A stretch of 64,000 bases of DNA from Geopsychrobacteraceae bacterium (GTDB taxonomy: Bacteria; Desulfobacterota; Desulfuromonadia; Desulfuromonadales; Geopsychrobacteraceae). The stretch spans positions 448,001 to 512,000 of the forward strand of contig CAXXTB010000002.1 in NCBI GenBank assembly GCA_963676795.2, read 5' to 3'. A program made the position numbers and the translations under genes. A model generated the notes under the pieces. The model ran no database searches. It had not been told where the DNA came from and saw only the letters and a list, made by a program, of their open reading frames with translations. Below, piece after piece: positions 29,061 to 39,116 of this stretch (position 1 is the first letter of the stretch; each line of letters starts with the position of its first letter).

Positions 29061-29951
29061 TCAGATAAACAGCTTATCGAAAATCAGCACGCTGAACAGC
29101 AGGGCCATCGAGATATTGGTCAGGTGGAACTGGTAGCGGGCTCTGCGCTCTTCACAGTAGTTTTGGCTCAGTAAAAATAGCAGGACGAGCAGCAGCTGGC
29201 CGGAGAGAAAGAGGATGATGAACAGCGCTCCGGAGATAAAGCCGAACAGTGGAAAAAGCAGGTAGCAGAGCAGCAGGCCGCCCAACCAGCAGTTGTTGAT
29301 CAGCAGCAGCCGGCGGGTCGTTATCCGCTCGAAGAGGTCGGGAAGGCCGCTGCGTTTCAGGTCGTCCCGGTAGAGACAGAGCAGCAACCAGGTGTGGGGA
29401 ACCTGCCAGATGAACAGGGTCGCACAGAGAATCAGGATCGCTGGACTGAACGCAGCGCCTGCAGCCGTCCAGCCGATCAGCGGCGGCAGGGCTCCGCAGA
29501 TGGCGCCGGGGAGTGCGGCGAAGACGGTGATCCTTTTCAGGGGGGTGTAGATGGCGTTGTACCAGAGCGCCGACAGCAGTCCCAAGAGCAGGGGCAGGCT
29601 GCCAAAGTGGCTCAGCAGCAGGATTCCGCCAGCCAGACAGAGGGCCGCAAGGAGCAGGGCACCAGGCGGAGACAGACGGCCTTCCGGCAGGGGGCGCCTG
29701 CGCGTGCGTTCCATGCGCAGATCAAGATCCTGTTCCTGCCACTGATTGAGCGCGGAACTGCCCGCTGCGAGCAGGCCGACGGCGGCGCAGAGCAGCCCGC
29801 CCCCGGCGGGGAGCTCCCCTCCGCCAAACAGGAAGCCGGCTAGGGCTGAGATGGCGACCATGGCCGAGAGCTCCAGGCGGAACAGCTGGCGCAGGATCTG
29901 GGCCCAGAAACGAACCAGGCTCAGCGTATTGATGGCCCTGTCGGTGTGCAT
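29061..29951 (-). CDS. ctaB: Protoheme IX farnesyltransferase (heme o synthase)
   Basis: NQ-x-x-E-x-DLD-x-RMERTRRRPLP, YTPLKR, GALPPLIGW and WQVPH; last gene of the cox operon. Confidence 0.9.
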   Translation of the reverse strand: MHTDRAINTLSLVRFWAQILRQLFRLELSAMVAISALAGFLFGGGELPAGGGLLCAAVGLLAAGSSALNQWQEQDLDLRMERTRRRPLPEGRLSPPGALLLAALCLAGGILLLSHFGSLPLLLGLLSALWYNAIYTPLKRITVFAALPGAICGALPPLIGWTAAGAAFSPAILILCATLFIWQVPHTWLLLCLYRDDLKRSGLPDLFERITTRRLLLINNCWLGGLLLCYLLFPLFGFISGALFIILFLSGQLLLVLLFLLSQNYCEERRARYQFHLTNISMALLFSVLIFDKLFI

Positions 29952-29959
29952 AGCGCTCC

Positions 29960-31174
29960 TTACTGCTTGAGCAGATAATCGATCATCGCGTCGATCTCTG
30001 CGGGGCTCAAGTAGTCGCTGGCCGGCATCATCGGCGGGTACCCCTTGACCAGGTCTGCGTCCGGTTCGAGCAGGGCCCGGCGCAGGTAGTCGGCATCCAC
30101 CTTCAGCGTCACCTCCCGGCCGTCCCGTTCGATGGTCACATCACGATTGCCGATCCCCTGGAAGGTCGGGGCAATCCCTGTACTGCCGTCGTTGGAGTGG
30201 CAGCCGAGACAACCGTTATTGTCGATCAGCTCGGCACCATCAAGCACCGGCTCACTGACCACCGCTTTGCCGAGCAGATAATCGACCATCGATTGCAGGT
30301 CTTCGTTGCTGATGATGCTCTCGTCGTAGGGGGGCATCATCGCATCATAGCCGCTGACGATCTCTGTGTCCGGCTCACGGACAGCCTTTTTCAGGTAGGC
30401 TTCGTCGATGCTGATTTCGATGGTCTGTCCGTCTCTGTCGATCTGGCGTTTGGCGCCGGCCAGTTCAAACAGGCTGGGGCCGATGTTGGCGCTGCCGTCG
30501 AGGCTGTGACAGCCGGTACAGCCCTGTTCGTTGAGGACGATCAGGCCCGGCGGCTCGGCAGTCTTCTGTTCATCCCCCTTGAGCCACTCGGCGTAATCTT
30601 CCTCGCTCATGACCTCGATGGTGGTCAGCATGTCGGCGTGGCCGACGCCGCAGTATTCGGTACACTGGACGTCATAGCTGCCCGTTTCAGGCGCGCTGAA
30701 CCAGACATAGGTGGTCATCCCCGGCACCGTATCCTTCTTGATCCGGAAGGCCGGGGCGAAGAAGCTGTGCAGCACGTCGACCGAGGTCAGGTTGAGTTTG
30801 ACCGGCTTGCCGACCGGAACATAGATCCTGTTGGTACGGCGGCCGTCCGGGTATTCAAACTGCCAGGACCACATCCGCGCGGTCGCGTTGATTTCCAGGG
30901 CGTCGTCCGGGACCGACGTCAATCCGATATAGTTGCTCCAGCCGTACCAGAACATGGTCAGGACAATGAGGATCGGCACAATGGTCCAGATCGTTTCGAT
31001 GATCCAGTTGCTGTGGGCATCCGAGGTCGGTTCCGGGTACTTTGAGCGCCGGTATTTGATGACAAAGTAGATGGTGACCACGGTGATCGCCAGCAGCAGA
31101 AGCAGGGAGAAGCCGAAGATATAGATCAGCGTATTATCGACAGCCTGGGCCGTTGGGTTGTTCAGCGGATTCAC
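29960..31174 (-). CDS. coxB: Cytochrome c oxidase subunit II with two C-terminal cytochrome c domains
   Basis: CuA ligands DVLHSF and CTEYCGVGHADM; heme motifs CTGCH and CLGCH. Confidence 0.95.
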   Translation of the reverse strand: MNPLNNPTAQAVDNTLIYIFGFSLLLLLAITVVTIYFVIKYRRSKYPEPTSDAHSNWIIETIWTIVPILIVLTMFWYGWSNYIGLTSVPDDALEINATARMWSWQFEYPDGRRTNRIYVPVGKPVKLNLTSVDVLHSFFAPAFRIKKDTVPGMTTYVWFSAPETGSYDVQCTEYCGVGHADMLTTIEVMSEEDYAEWLKGDEQKTAEPPGLIVLNEQGCTGCHSLDGSANIGPSLFELAGAKRQIDRDGQTIEISIDEAYLKKAVREPDTEIVSGYDAMMPPYDESIISNEDLQSMVDYLLGKAVVSEPVLDGAELIDNNGCLGCHSNDGSTGIAPTFQGIGNRDVTIERDGREVTLKVDADYLRRALLEPDADLVKGYPPMMPASDYLSPAEIDAMIDYLLKQ

Positions 31175-31183
31175 AGATCTCTC

Positions 31184-31477
31184 CTAACGATAAAGAATAT
31201 CGGTAAAGGTCAGACCGACAAAGATAGCCAGAATCACCAGCAGCGTCAGAAGCCCGAGTTTGAACAGTCGCGACTCCTGTTTCAGATGCATGAAGATGAA
31301 GATGACCAGGCTTGACTTGCAGGACGCAATCACCAGCGCAACCCAGATATTCAGCGCACCAAGATGAATACGTGAAACGACGACTGTGACCACCGTCAGA
31401 ATCAGCAGAGCGACCCAGATCAGAACGAAGGTCCGGTAAGGGACCGGCTCATGTTTATGTTCTTCGTGTGCAGACAT
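31184..31477 (-). CDS. coxD: Cytochrome c oxidase subunit IV
   Basis: 97 aa, three TMs, FMHLK motif. Confidence 0.9.
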   Translation of the reverse strand: MSAHEEHKHEPVPYRTFVLIWVALLILTVVTVVVSRIHLGALNIWVALVIASCKSSLVIFIFMHLKQESRLFKLGLLTLLVILAIFVGLTFTDILYR

Positions 31478-31485
31478 GGCTCACC

Positions 31486-32085
31486 TCACAGAATCAGATA
31501 GTAAAGCGGGAAAAGGAAAATCCAGACCAGGTCGACCAGGTGCCAGTAGAGGGCGCTGTTTTCCAGCAGGGTATAGCGGTCGCTGGTGACCTTGCCTTTG
31601 GCAACCAAGATGGCTACGACACCGATCAGGCTGCTGCCGATCAGGACGTGGAGGCCATGAAGTCCCGCGGTAAAATAATAGAGATTGAAGAAAACCGTGA
31701 TCCCCGGGCCCATCTCGGCAAGGTGTTCGGAGCCGGGATAAATACCGTGCCCGATTTCCGCCGACCACTCGAAGTATTTGTTGATCAGGAAGACAATCGC
31801 CAGAACGATGGTGATAACACTCAAAATGATCGTTTGTCTGATCTTGTTGCGCTGAATCGCCGTGATCGCGAGGGCAATGGTCAGACTGCTGGTCAGCAGC
31901 ACCAGGGTGTTGACGGTGCCGAAATAGATGTTCAGCTTATGACTCGCTTCGGCAAATTCGTGCGGGTGCCTTGCCAGGGAGACCGCGTAGAGGATGAACA
32001 GGCCGCTGAAGAGGATCACCTCGGTATAGAGGAACAGCCACATCCCGAAGCGGGCACCGGTGTCGTCGCGATGTTCAATACTCAT
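31486..32085 (-). CDS. coxC: Cytochrome c oxidase subunit III
   Basis: GMWLFL-x-TE, NTLVLLTSS, GLHGLHV and YWHLVDLVW motifs. Confidence 0.95.
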   Translation of the reverse strand: MSIEHRDDTGARFGMWLFLYTEVILFSGLFILYAVSLARHPHEFAEASHKLNIYFGTVNTLVLLTSSLTIALAITAIQRNKIRQTIILSVITIVLAIVFLINKYFEWSAEIGHGIYPGSEHLAEMGPGITVFFNLYYFTAGLHGLHVLIGSSLIGVVAILVAKGKVTSDRYTLLENSALYWHLVDLVWIFLFPLYYLIL

Positions 32086-33700
32086 CGGCTACCACTCCTT
32101 TGAAGTCGTAGGGGCCTTTGGTGACAACCGGATCTTCCGGGCCAAAGTTGTCCATCGGCGGCGGGGAGGGGATCTGCCATTCCAGGGTTGCCGCCCCCCA
32201 GGGGTTGTTGCCGACCACGGCTCCTTTGCGCACCCCGCGCCACAGGTTGTTGAACATCATGATCAGGCCGATGGCCATGACCCAGGAGCCCAGGGTGGCG
32301 ACCACATTCAGCGTGGTGAATTCCGGCAGGTAGTCGTAATAGCGGCGCGGCATTCCCTGAATACCGACCGCCTGCATTGCCATGTAGGTGACGTTGAAAC
32401 CGACAAACAGCAAGGCAAAGGCGATCACCGCGATCCTGTGGTTGTACATCCTTCCGGTATATTTCGGCAGCCAGTAGTGCAGGGCGGCGAAGAAGGCGAA
32501 GCCGAGGCCGCCGAACATGGTGTAGTGGAAATGACCGACGACGAAGTAGGTGTCGTGCAGATGGATATCGGCAGCCGCAGCACCAAGGGCCAGACCGCCG
32601 AGGCCGCCGATCGAGAAGTTGAAGATAAAGCCGAGGGCGAAGAGCATCGGCGGAGCAAGCTGGATCGAGCCTTTATAGAGGGTGGTGATCCAGTTGAAGA
32701 CCTTGATGGCGCTGGGGATAGCGACGATAAAGGTCAGAAAGGAGAAAACCAGGACGGCGAAATCGCTCATGCCGCTGGTGTACATGTGGTGAGCCCAGAC
32801 CAGCGAGCCGGCAAAGGCGATGGTCAGGCTCGAAACGGCCACCGCCCAGTAGCCAAACAGCGGCTTGCGGGCGAAGGTCGGGATGATCTCGGAGATAACC
32901 CCCATGCCGGGCAGGATCATGATGTAGACGGCCGGGTGAGAATAGATCCAGAACAGGTGCTGGAACATGACCGGGTCACCGCCGCGGGCGGCGTCGAACA
33001 GGCCCGCGCCGAAGGTCCGCTCAAGGATGACCAGCACCAGGGTAATGCCCAGCATCGGTGTGGCCAGGACCTGGATCCAGGCCGTGGCGTAGAGGCTCCA
33101 GACGAACATCGGCAGGCGGCCCCAGGTCATCCCCTTGGCACGCAGCCGGTGAATGGTGGTGACAAAGTTGATACCGGTCAGAATGGATGACATGCCGAGC
33201 ATGAAGGCCGCCATCGCCGCCAGGCTGACGTTGGTATGGGTCTGGGTGCTGAACGGTACATAGAAGGTCCAGCCGGTGTCGGGCGCGCCGTCGCCGGAAA
33301 ATATGGCGACGACGGCGAGGATTGCGCCGATCACGTAACAGTACCAGGAGAGCAGGTTGACCTTCGGAAAGGAAACATCGCGCGCACCGAGCTGGATCGG
33401 CAACACCAGGTTGCCGAAGGCCGCGGGGACGCTGGGGATGATAAACAGGAAGATCATGATGATGCCATGGACCGTAAATGTCGCATTGTAGGTCTGGGCT
33501 TTCATGATCGTTACCCCGGGGGCGATCAGCTCGAGGCGGATCAGCAGTCCGAGACAGGCGGCGACGATGAACATCGCCAGGATGCAGCACAGGTACATGA
33601 TGCCGATCCGTTTGTGGTCGGTCGACAACAGCCAGCCGAGAATCCCGGAGCGCGGACTGTCGGTGTAAAAACCTTTATTTGTCAGAGTCGTTTCGGTCAT
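32075..33700 (-). CDS. coxA: Cytochrome c oxidase subunit I (A2-type)
   Basis: TDHKRIG, FWIYSHPAVY (YS motif), WAHHM and VVGHFHY. Confidence 0.97.
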   Translation of the reverse strand: MTETTLTNKGFYTDSPRSGILGWLLSTDHKRIGIMYLCCILAMFIVAACLGLLIRLELIAPGVTIMKAQTYNATFTVHGIIMIFLFIIPSVPAAFGNLVLPIQLGARDVSFPKVNLLSWYCYVIGAILAVVAIFSGDGAPDTGWTFYVPFSTQTHTNVSLAAMAAFMLGMSSILTGINFVTTIHRLRAKGMTWGRLPMFVWSLYATAWIQVLATPMLGITLVLVILERTFGAGLFDAARGGDPVMFQHLFWIYSHPAVYIMILPGMGVISEIIPTFARKPLFGYWAVAVSSLTIAFAGSLVWAHHMYTSGMSDFAVLVFSFLTFIVAIPSAIKVFNWITTLYKGSIQLAPPMLFALGFIFNFSIGGLGGLALGAAAADIHLHDTYFVVGHFHYTMFGGLGFAFFAALHYWLPKYTGRMYNHRIAVIAFALLFVGFNVTYMAMQAVGIQGMPRRYYDYLPEFTTLNVVATLGSWVMAIGLIMMFNNLWRGVRKGAVVGNNPWGAATLEWQIPSPPPMDNFGPEDPVVTKGPYDFKGVVADEY

Positions 33701-34487
33701 TTTTCTTCTTTCTCCCGCCAAGGATCAGAAAAAGCAAAAAACTGCCCAGGGTTATCAGAATCACTGTTGCGCTGACACGCATCAGGTTGAAGACATAGCG
33801 GCGTCCTTCCGGGTCATAGCTGAAACAGAACTGCAACGCTTTCTGCAACGGTTTGCCGATCCGTCCTTCGCTCGCCTCGACCAGCGCCATTGACAGGTCT
33901 ATCGGTGAAAAGCGCTGACCGATCAGGTAGCGGACGATTGTTCCGTCTTTGGCAACGATGATCGCCGCAACAGGATGAAGGAAGTCATCTTTTTCTTTGG
34001 TGAAATAGTAGCCCAGACTGTCAGTCAGCCTGAGAATATCCTCCTGCTTGCCGGTCAGGAATGTCCAGGCATCAGGAGGAAAGGTTTCCGAGCGCATGGC
34101 GGTCAGGAAGGTTTTTTTACTATGCGCCGCCATGGCCGTTGTTTCGCTCGGGTCGAAGCTGAAGGTGATAACGTTGTAGTCCTCGCCAGGCGTCAGTTTG
34201 ACGTCGGGCAGGACTTCGGCAAGACCACCGAGCATAAAATTGCAGACATTCCGGCAGTTGTAGAAGACCGGTACAATCAGGGTCGGGCGGTCGATCAGAT
34301 CTTCGAGACGGACGGACTGCCCCAGAGAGTCAACGAAGGTTGTTTCCCCCGCGATCGGTTTGCCTAACTGTTCGACCAGTTCGACGCGCCCCTCATAAGC
34401 AAATATCGAAAACGGCGTGCCCAGCAGAATGAGGATGGTCAGTATCAACAGGCGCAAAGGTCGTTCCTTTCCCGCGTTGGTGGCCAT
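33675..34487 (-). CDS. SCO1/SenC copper chaperone
   Basis: CRNVC (CxxxC), WTFLTG, conserved His (FLHP), C-terminal TM; first gene of the cox operon. Confidence 0.9.
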   Translation of the reverse strand: MATNAGKERPLRLLILTILILLGTPFSIFAYEGRVELVEQLGKPIAGETTFVDSLGQSVRLEDLIDRPTLIVPVFYNCRNVCNFMLGGLAEVLPDVKLTPGEDYNVITFSFDPSETTAMAAHSKKTFLTAMRSETFPPDAWTFLTGKQEDILRLTDSLGYYFTKEKDDFLHPVAAIIVAKDGTIVRYLIGQRFSPIDLSMALVEASEGRIGKPLQKALQFCFSYDPEGRRYVFNLMRVSATVILITLGSFLLFLILGGRKKKNDRNDSDK

Positions 34488-34654
34488 AGACGGACACTTT
34501 GAATATGAATAGTTAAGTATGAAAGATTATTAAATATTAGCGAACAAGTGTAAAATTGTAAACAGTCTGAAGAGCGGGATCTGGTTTCCCGTCAGAAATA
34601 GCAGTTGTCAGCGACTCCATGCGGACGCTATAAATGATCGGTCAAAGGAGATAA

Positions 34655-34852
34655 ATGATGACAGAAGAACTGGAACAACGATTAATCGATCTGGAGATCC
34701 GCTACAGCTTTATAGAGGAACAGGTTGAGGAACTCAATCAGATCGTCACCAGCTGTAACCTGCAGATCGATCGCCTGCAGAAAGAGAACCTGGCCCTGCG
34801 TGAAATGCTCAAGAGCCTCTCCCCCTCGCTCGAGGAGTCTCCGGATGAGTAA
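34655..34852 (+). CDS. slyX: SlyX family protein
   Basis: RLIDLEIR...EELN coiled coil of 65 aa; AAGGAG RBS. Confidence 0.75.
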   Translation: MMTEELEQRLIDLEIRYSFIEEQVEELNQIVTSCNLQIDRLQKENLALREMLKSLSPSLEESPDE

Positions 34853-35378
34853 GTCCTCAGGGGGGCAGCCACTGCAACGTGTTTTCTTTGAAGCCGTTGT
34901 CATTGCGGTTCTGGCTACAGCCATCGGCCTGGGGCTCAACTATCGCATGATGATCGATGCATTTGCCGGGCGTTCTCTGGCCGTATCGACCTCGCCCCAG
35001 CAGATCAAGCAGCCTCACAGCGAAGCTCAAGGCACTGCAATCTTTCCGGCTCCGGCCACTCTGGATGAAATCGATGAGCTGGTCGCTGATGGGGCGGTGC
35101 TGATCGATGCGCGTAACACAGAAGTTTTTTCCGCCGGCCATCTGGCCGATGCCGTGTCGCTGCCTTTTTCCGGGGAACAGACCGATCTGGATTGGTTCCG
35201 TAGGCGGTTTGACACTCAGACGACCCTGGTGACCTATTGCAGCGGCTATGGCTGTCCCGATTCCTATTCACTCGCCGAACTGCTGATCAAGGCCGGTTAT
35301 CAGGATGTCATGGTCTACGAAGGGGGCTATCCGGAATGGCGTGACAGCGGGCGGGCGATTGAAAAAGGCGAAAAATGA
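34845..35378 (+). CDS. Membrane-anchored rhodanese-like protein
   Basis: N-terminal TM; IDAR, GHL-x-DA, YCSGYGCPDS and YEGGYPEW. Confidence 0.88.
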   Translation: MSKSSGGQPLQRVFFEAVVIAVLATAIGLGLNYRMMIDAFAGRSLAVSTSPQQIKQPHSEAQGTAIFPAPATLDEIDELVADGAVLIDARNTEVFSAGHLADAVSLPFSGEQTDLDWFRRRFDTQTTLVTYCSGYGCPDSYSLAELLIKAGYQDVMVYEGGYPEWRDSGRAIEKGEK

Positions 35379-35818
35379 ACTATAAAAAATACCTCTACCA
35401 TGGCAGCAGGATGCTGATCGCCCTGGTGTTTCTCTATGCCGGATCGATGAAAGCTCAGGATATTGTTGCTTTCGCCGGGCAGATTGCCCAGTATCAGTTG
35501 CTCCCTTACGCCTGGAATTATGTGGTTGCCGGCATTCTCCCTTACCTGGAACTGCTGTGCGGGGTTCTGCTGCTGGTCAACCAGCGGGTCCGGCCGGCCA
35601 CCCTGGTGCTTTTTGTTCTCAACCTGATGTTTATCGCGGTGCTGGCCTCCGCTGTAATCCGTGGTTTCGATATCGACTGCGGCTGTTTCAATTCCGCAGC
35701 GCAGTACCCGACAACGCCGCTCACTGCTCTGCTGCGCGATGTCGGGCTGATGGTCCTGATGATCCTGACCTGGGTGCTGGCTGACAACCAGGAGCAAGCT
35801 GCTGCGGAGGGGGACTGA
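35375..35818 (+). CDS. MauE/DoxX-family membrane protein
   Basis: Four TMs, LPYLELLCG and RGFDIDCGCF. Confidence 0.88.
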   Translation: MNYKKYLYHGSRMLIALVFLYAGSMKAQDIVAFAGQIAQYQLLPYAWNYVVAGILPYLELLCGVLLLVNQRVRPATLVLFVLNLMFIAVLASAVIRGFDIDCGCFNSAAQYPTTPLTALLRDVGLMVLMILTWVLADNQEQAAAEGD

Positions 35819-36864
35819 TGGCGGTCAGCGGTTGGCAGCAGCAATTGAAGGAGAGCCTGACCTCGGTCGATGAACTGGCCCGGCGTTTCGGCATCGACCC
35901 TCTGCCTCTGCGCGAGGCCGCGGAGCGTTACCCGTTCAAGATCACGCCCCATTACCTGGGTCTGATCGAAACGGTCGGTGATCCGATCTGGAAACAGGCC
36001 GTTCCTGACGAGCGCGAACTGGAAAGTGACGGACTGGTCGATCCGCTTGGGGAGGAGAACCTCTCGCCGGTTGCCTCGGTGATCCATCGCTATCCCGACC
36101 GGGTGATCCTGCTCGCCTCGGGCAGTTGCGCTGGCTACTGCCGCTTCTGTACCCGCAAGCGCAAGGTTGGCTGTGCCGATATGGCGATCAGCTTTCGCGA
36201 GTTGCGCGAGGGGATCGACTATATCGAGGCAACCCCGCAGATCAAGGATGTCATCCTCTCCGGCGGTGACCCGCTGGTGCTCCCCGATTCCGTGCTGGAA
36301 GATCTGCTCCGCCGTGTCACTGAGATCCCCCATGTCGAGATCGTCCGTATCGGCACCCGGGTTCCTGTGACCCTGCCGCAGCGGATCGATGAGAAGCTCT
36401 GCACCATGCTGAAAAAATATCAGCCGCTCTATATCAATACCCATTTTAACCATCCGCGCGAGCTGAGTGCTGAGTCTTCCAAAGCCTGTAACATGCTCGC
36501 CGATGCGGGGATCGTCCTGGGCAACCAGACCGTGCTGCTGCGCGGGGTCAACGACACGCCACAGGTGATTGCCGAGCTGTTCCGAGGCCTGTTGCGGCTG
36601 CGCGTGCGCCCTTATTACCTGCACCATATGGACCTGGTGCGTGGTGCCGGGCATTTCCGCACCTCGGTCGAAACCGGCCTGAGAATTGTCCATGCCCTGC
36701 GTGGTAAGCTGTCCGGTCTTGGTCTGCCGCACTATGTCATCGACCTGCCGGGAGGCAAGGGGAAGGTGCCGCTAGTTCCCAACGCGGTCAAACGCCAGGG
36801 TGATCTGCTGTTGATCCGCACCGCAGGCGGCGAGATCGTCGAATACCCCGATCTGCCGGATTAA
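35818..36864 (+). CDS. KamA-family radical SAM aminomutase
   Basis: HRYPDR, CAGYCRFCTR, SGGDPL, HFNHPRE and PLP-lysine motif GGKGK. Confidence 0.9.
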   Translation: MAVSGWQQQLKESLTSVDELARRFGIDPLPLREAAERYPFKITPHYLGLIETVGDPIWKQAVPDERELESDGLVDPLGEENLSPVASVIHRYPDRVILLASGSCAGYCRFCTRKRKVGCADMAISFRELREGIDYIEATPQIKDVILSGGDPLVLPDSVLEDLLRRVTEIPHVEIVRIGTRVPVTLPQRIDEKLCTMLKKYQPLYINTHFNHPRELSAESSKACNMLADAGIVLGNQTVLLRGVNDTPQVIAELFRGLLRLRVRPYYLHHMDLVRGAGHFRTSVETGLRIVHALRGKLSGLGLPHYVIDLPGGKGKVPLVPNAVKRQGDLLLIRTAGGEIVEYPDLPD

Positions 36865-36882
36865 GCATTATCGGCAATTGTT

Positions 36883-36927
36883 CCTTCTCCCTCAGGGAGA
36901 AGGTGCCCCAACGGGGCGGATGAGGGG
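36883..36927. repeat. REP-like palindromic unit
   Basis: CCTTCTCCC-TCA-GGGAGAAGG, GCCCC-AAC-GGGGC and GGATGAGGGG between convergent genes; single copy in the window. Confidence 0.6.
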
Positions 36928-36932
36928 AAACT

Positions 36933-37451
36933 CTACCGCGGTTTTTTCGGCCCCGGGGCGGAGTTCCTTCCAAGACGCGTGTCCAGCGAGTCGATCCAGC
37001 CCGCTTTGGCTTCGGGGAAGGCATCGGCGTATGGGACGTAGGGTTTGATATCCAGTATCGGTGTGCCATCGAGCAGATCGACTCCATGCAGGTACAGGGT
37101 CCTCCCTTCGATCTTGATCAGTTCAACCGATGACAGGCCGAGTGAATTGGGCCGGTGGGGGGACCTGGTCGCCAGAACGCCCCGTTTCGGGCCGCCGCGC
37201 GGCGGTTTGACGCGACTCTTCCACCCCTGGTTGAGATGAAAGACGAAGATCAGCCAGAGCCGGTCAAAACCATCAAGATCTTTCAACGCCAGCTCATCAA
37301 CCCAAGGCTCAAGCTCCAGTGTCGCCGTCTCAAATTCACCGCTTTCAGTTCCTTCTGCAACGGTACTCTGGTGTGGAGCATCGATCCGTTTGGCATAGGG
37401 CGATTTCAGAAAGCCGATCGGCTCATAGCTGTAGGTCTTGGTCTGCGTCAT
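36933..37451 (-). CDS. tsaA: tRNA m6t6A37 methyltransferase TrmO
   Basis: GVLATRSPHRPNSLGLS and DLLDGTPILDIKPY. Confidence 0.92.
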   Translation of the reverse strand: MTQTKTYSYEPIGFLKSPYAKRIDAPHQSTVAEGTESGEFETATLELEPWVDELALKDLDGFDRLWLIFVFHLNQGWKSRVKPPRGGPKRGVLATRSPHRPNSLGLSSVELIKIEGRTLYLHGVDLLDGTPILDIKPYVPYADAFPEAKAGWIDSLDTRLGRNSAPGPKKPR

Positions 37452-37657
37452 CTCGTCTTATGTTTCCGTTTGTTGATTCGTTGCTGGATCATAGGAGAAT
37501 TCAGTCGGTGAAACAAGCAGATCTCTCGGTCGCCGGCATCTTCTGAAAATGTATTTATGTGATATGTTTTCCCATTTATGCTATTTTTTTGCGTGTAACT
37601 GATCCTGACAGCTCTTTTGCGGGACTGTCACAGGTTTATATCATAAGGAGATAACGG

Positions 37658-38833
37658 ATGAGAGAGGTAGTTGTAGTTTCGGCGGTACGCACCGCAATCG
37701 GCACTTTTGGTGGCAAACTCAAGGACGTCAGCGCCACCGACCTGGGCGCCCATGTCATCAGGGCGGCGATGGGTAAGGTTGATCTCGATCCGGCCAGCGT
37801 CGAAGAGGTTATTATGGGGAGTGTCATTCAGGCTGGCCTGGGACCGAATGTCGCCCGTCTGGCCAGTATCAAGGCGGGGCTGCCGGAGGTGATCCCGTCG
37901 ATGACCGTCAACAAACTCTGTGCTTCGGGCTTGAAGTCGGTGATTCTGGCGTCCCAGGCGATTGCTCTGGGGGATGCCGATATCATCGTTGCCGGCGGCA
38001 CCGAGAATATGAGCATGGCCCCCTACCTGTTGCCGAACGGGCGTTTCGGTTACCGCATGGGCAACGCCCAGACCTACGATTCGATGCTCCATGACGGGTT
38101 GGTCTGCGGGATCAGGGATATCCACATGGGGATGACCGCGGAGAATATCGCCGCGCGCTGGGGGATCAGCCGCGAGGAGCAGGACGCTTTTGCCGCCTGG
38201 AGCCAGAACAAGACCGAAGCTGCGCAGAAGAGTGGCCGCTTTGCCGATGAGATCGTGCCGCTGGAGATTCAGCAGAAGCGCGAAACCGTTCTCTTTGATA
38301 GCGACGAGTTTCCCCGCCATGGTGCTACTGCCGAAGCTCTTGCCAAGCTCAAGCCGGCATTCAAAGCCGATGGCAGTGTCACCGCGGGTAATGCTTCAGG
38401 GGTCAACGATGGCGCTGCCGCACTGGTGCTGATGAGCGCCGAAAAAGCCGCGCAGCTTGGCCTGAAGGTGCTGGGACGGATCGTTGCCGGGGCATCCTCA
38501 GCGGTCGATCCGGCGATCATGGGGGTCGGGCCGATCGATGCGACCCGTAAAGCGCTCAAGAAGGCGAACTGGACCATCGGCGATCTCGACCTGATCGAAT
38601 CGAACGAAGCCTTTGCCGCCCAGTCGCTGGCGGTCGCCAGGGATCTGGAGTTCGACATGAGCAAGGTCAACGTCAACGGCGGTGCCATTGCTCTCGGCCA
38701 TCCGGTCGGCTGCAGCGGGGCCCGGATCCTGGTCACCCTGCTTCACGAGATGAACAAGCGTGGCCTGAAGAAGGGGCTGTCGACCCTCTGTGTCGGCGGT
38801 GGGCAGGGTGTTGCCCTGCTGGTTGAACGCTAG
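37658..38833 (+). CDS. Acetyl-CoA C-acetyltransferase (thiolase)
   Basis: [20 protein letters not shown] and CVGGGQG. Confidence 0.96.
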   Translation: MREVVVVSAVRTAIGTFGGKLKDVSATDLGAHVIRAAMGKVDLDPASVEEVIMGSVIQAGLGPNVARLASIKAGLPEVIPSMTVNKLCASGLKSVILASQAIALGDADIIVAGGTENMSMAPYLLPNGRFGYRMGNAQTYDSMLHDGLVCGIRDIHMGMTAENIAARWGISREEQDAFAAWSQNKTEAAQKSGRFADEIVPLEIQQKRETVLFDSDEFPRHGATAEALAKLKPAFKADGSVTAGNASGVNDGAAALVLMSAEKAAQLGLKVLGRIVAGASSAVDPAIMGVGPIDATRKALKKANWTIGDLDLIESNEAFAAQSLAVARDLEFDMSKVNVNGGAIALGHPVGCSGARILVTLLHEMNKRGLKKGLSTLCVGGGQGVALLVER

Positions 38834-38842
38834 CGATTGGCT

Positions 38843-38878
38843 GAAGGCCTTCGGTTCGACCGGAGGCCGTTCTTTTCT
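38843..38878 (+). terminator. Intrinsic terminator after the thiolase
   Basis: GGCCTTCGGT-TCG-ACCGGAGGCC followed by a T-rich tract. Confidence 0.7.
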
Positions 38879-39022
38879 GTCTGGCTTGAAAAGGTATCAG
38901 GTCTTGCGCTTTATCAGTATGCTCCATCACAAGAGCTGATCCTATTTTTCTGTCAGCTATGATCCCGCTACCAGTATTTTTGATGCTGTTGAATAACGGT
39001 CAGGATGGCCAGAATCCCCCAT

Positions 39023-39058
39023 AAAAAAATCCAGCTCGGGAGGTTGGCCAAGCTGGAT
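39023..39058 (-). terminator. Intrinsic terminator of the CitMHS-atuA unit
   Basis: A7 tract then an ATCCAGCT...AGCTGGAT stem (U-tail on the minus strand). Confidence 0.65.
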
Positions 39059-39116
39059 AAAAACAGGACGCTTCGAGCTGAACCTGTACGCAGATTATTC
39101 CAAGGGAGCTTAGAAG

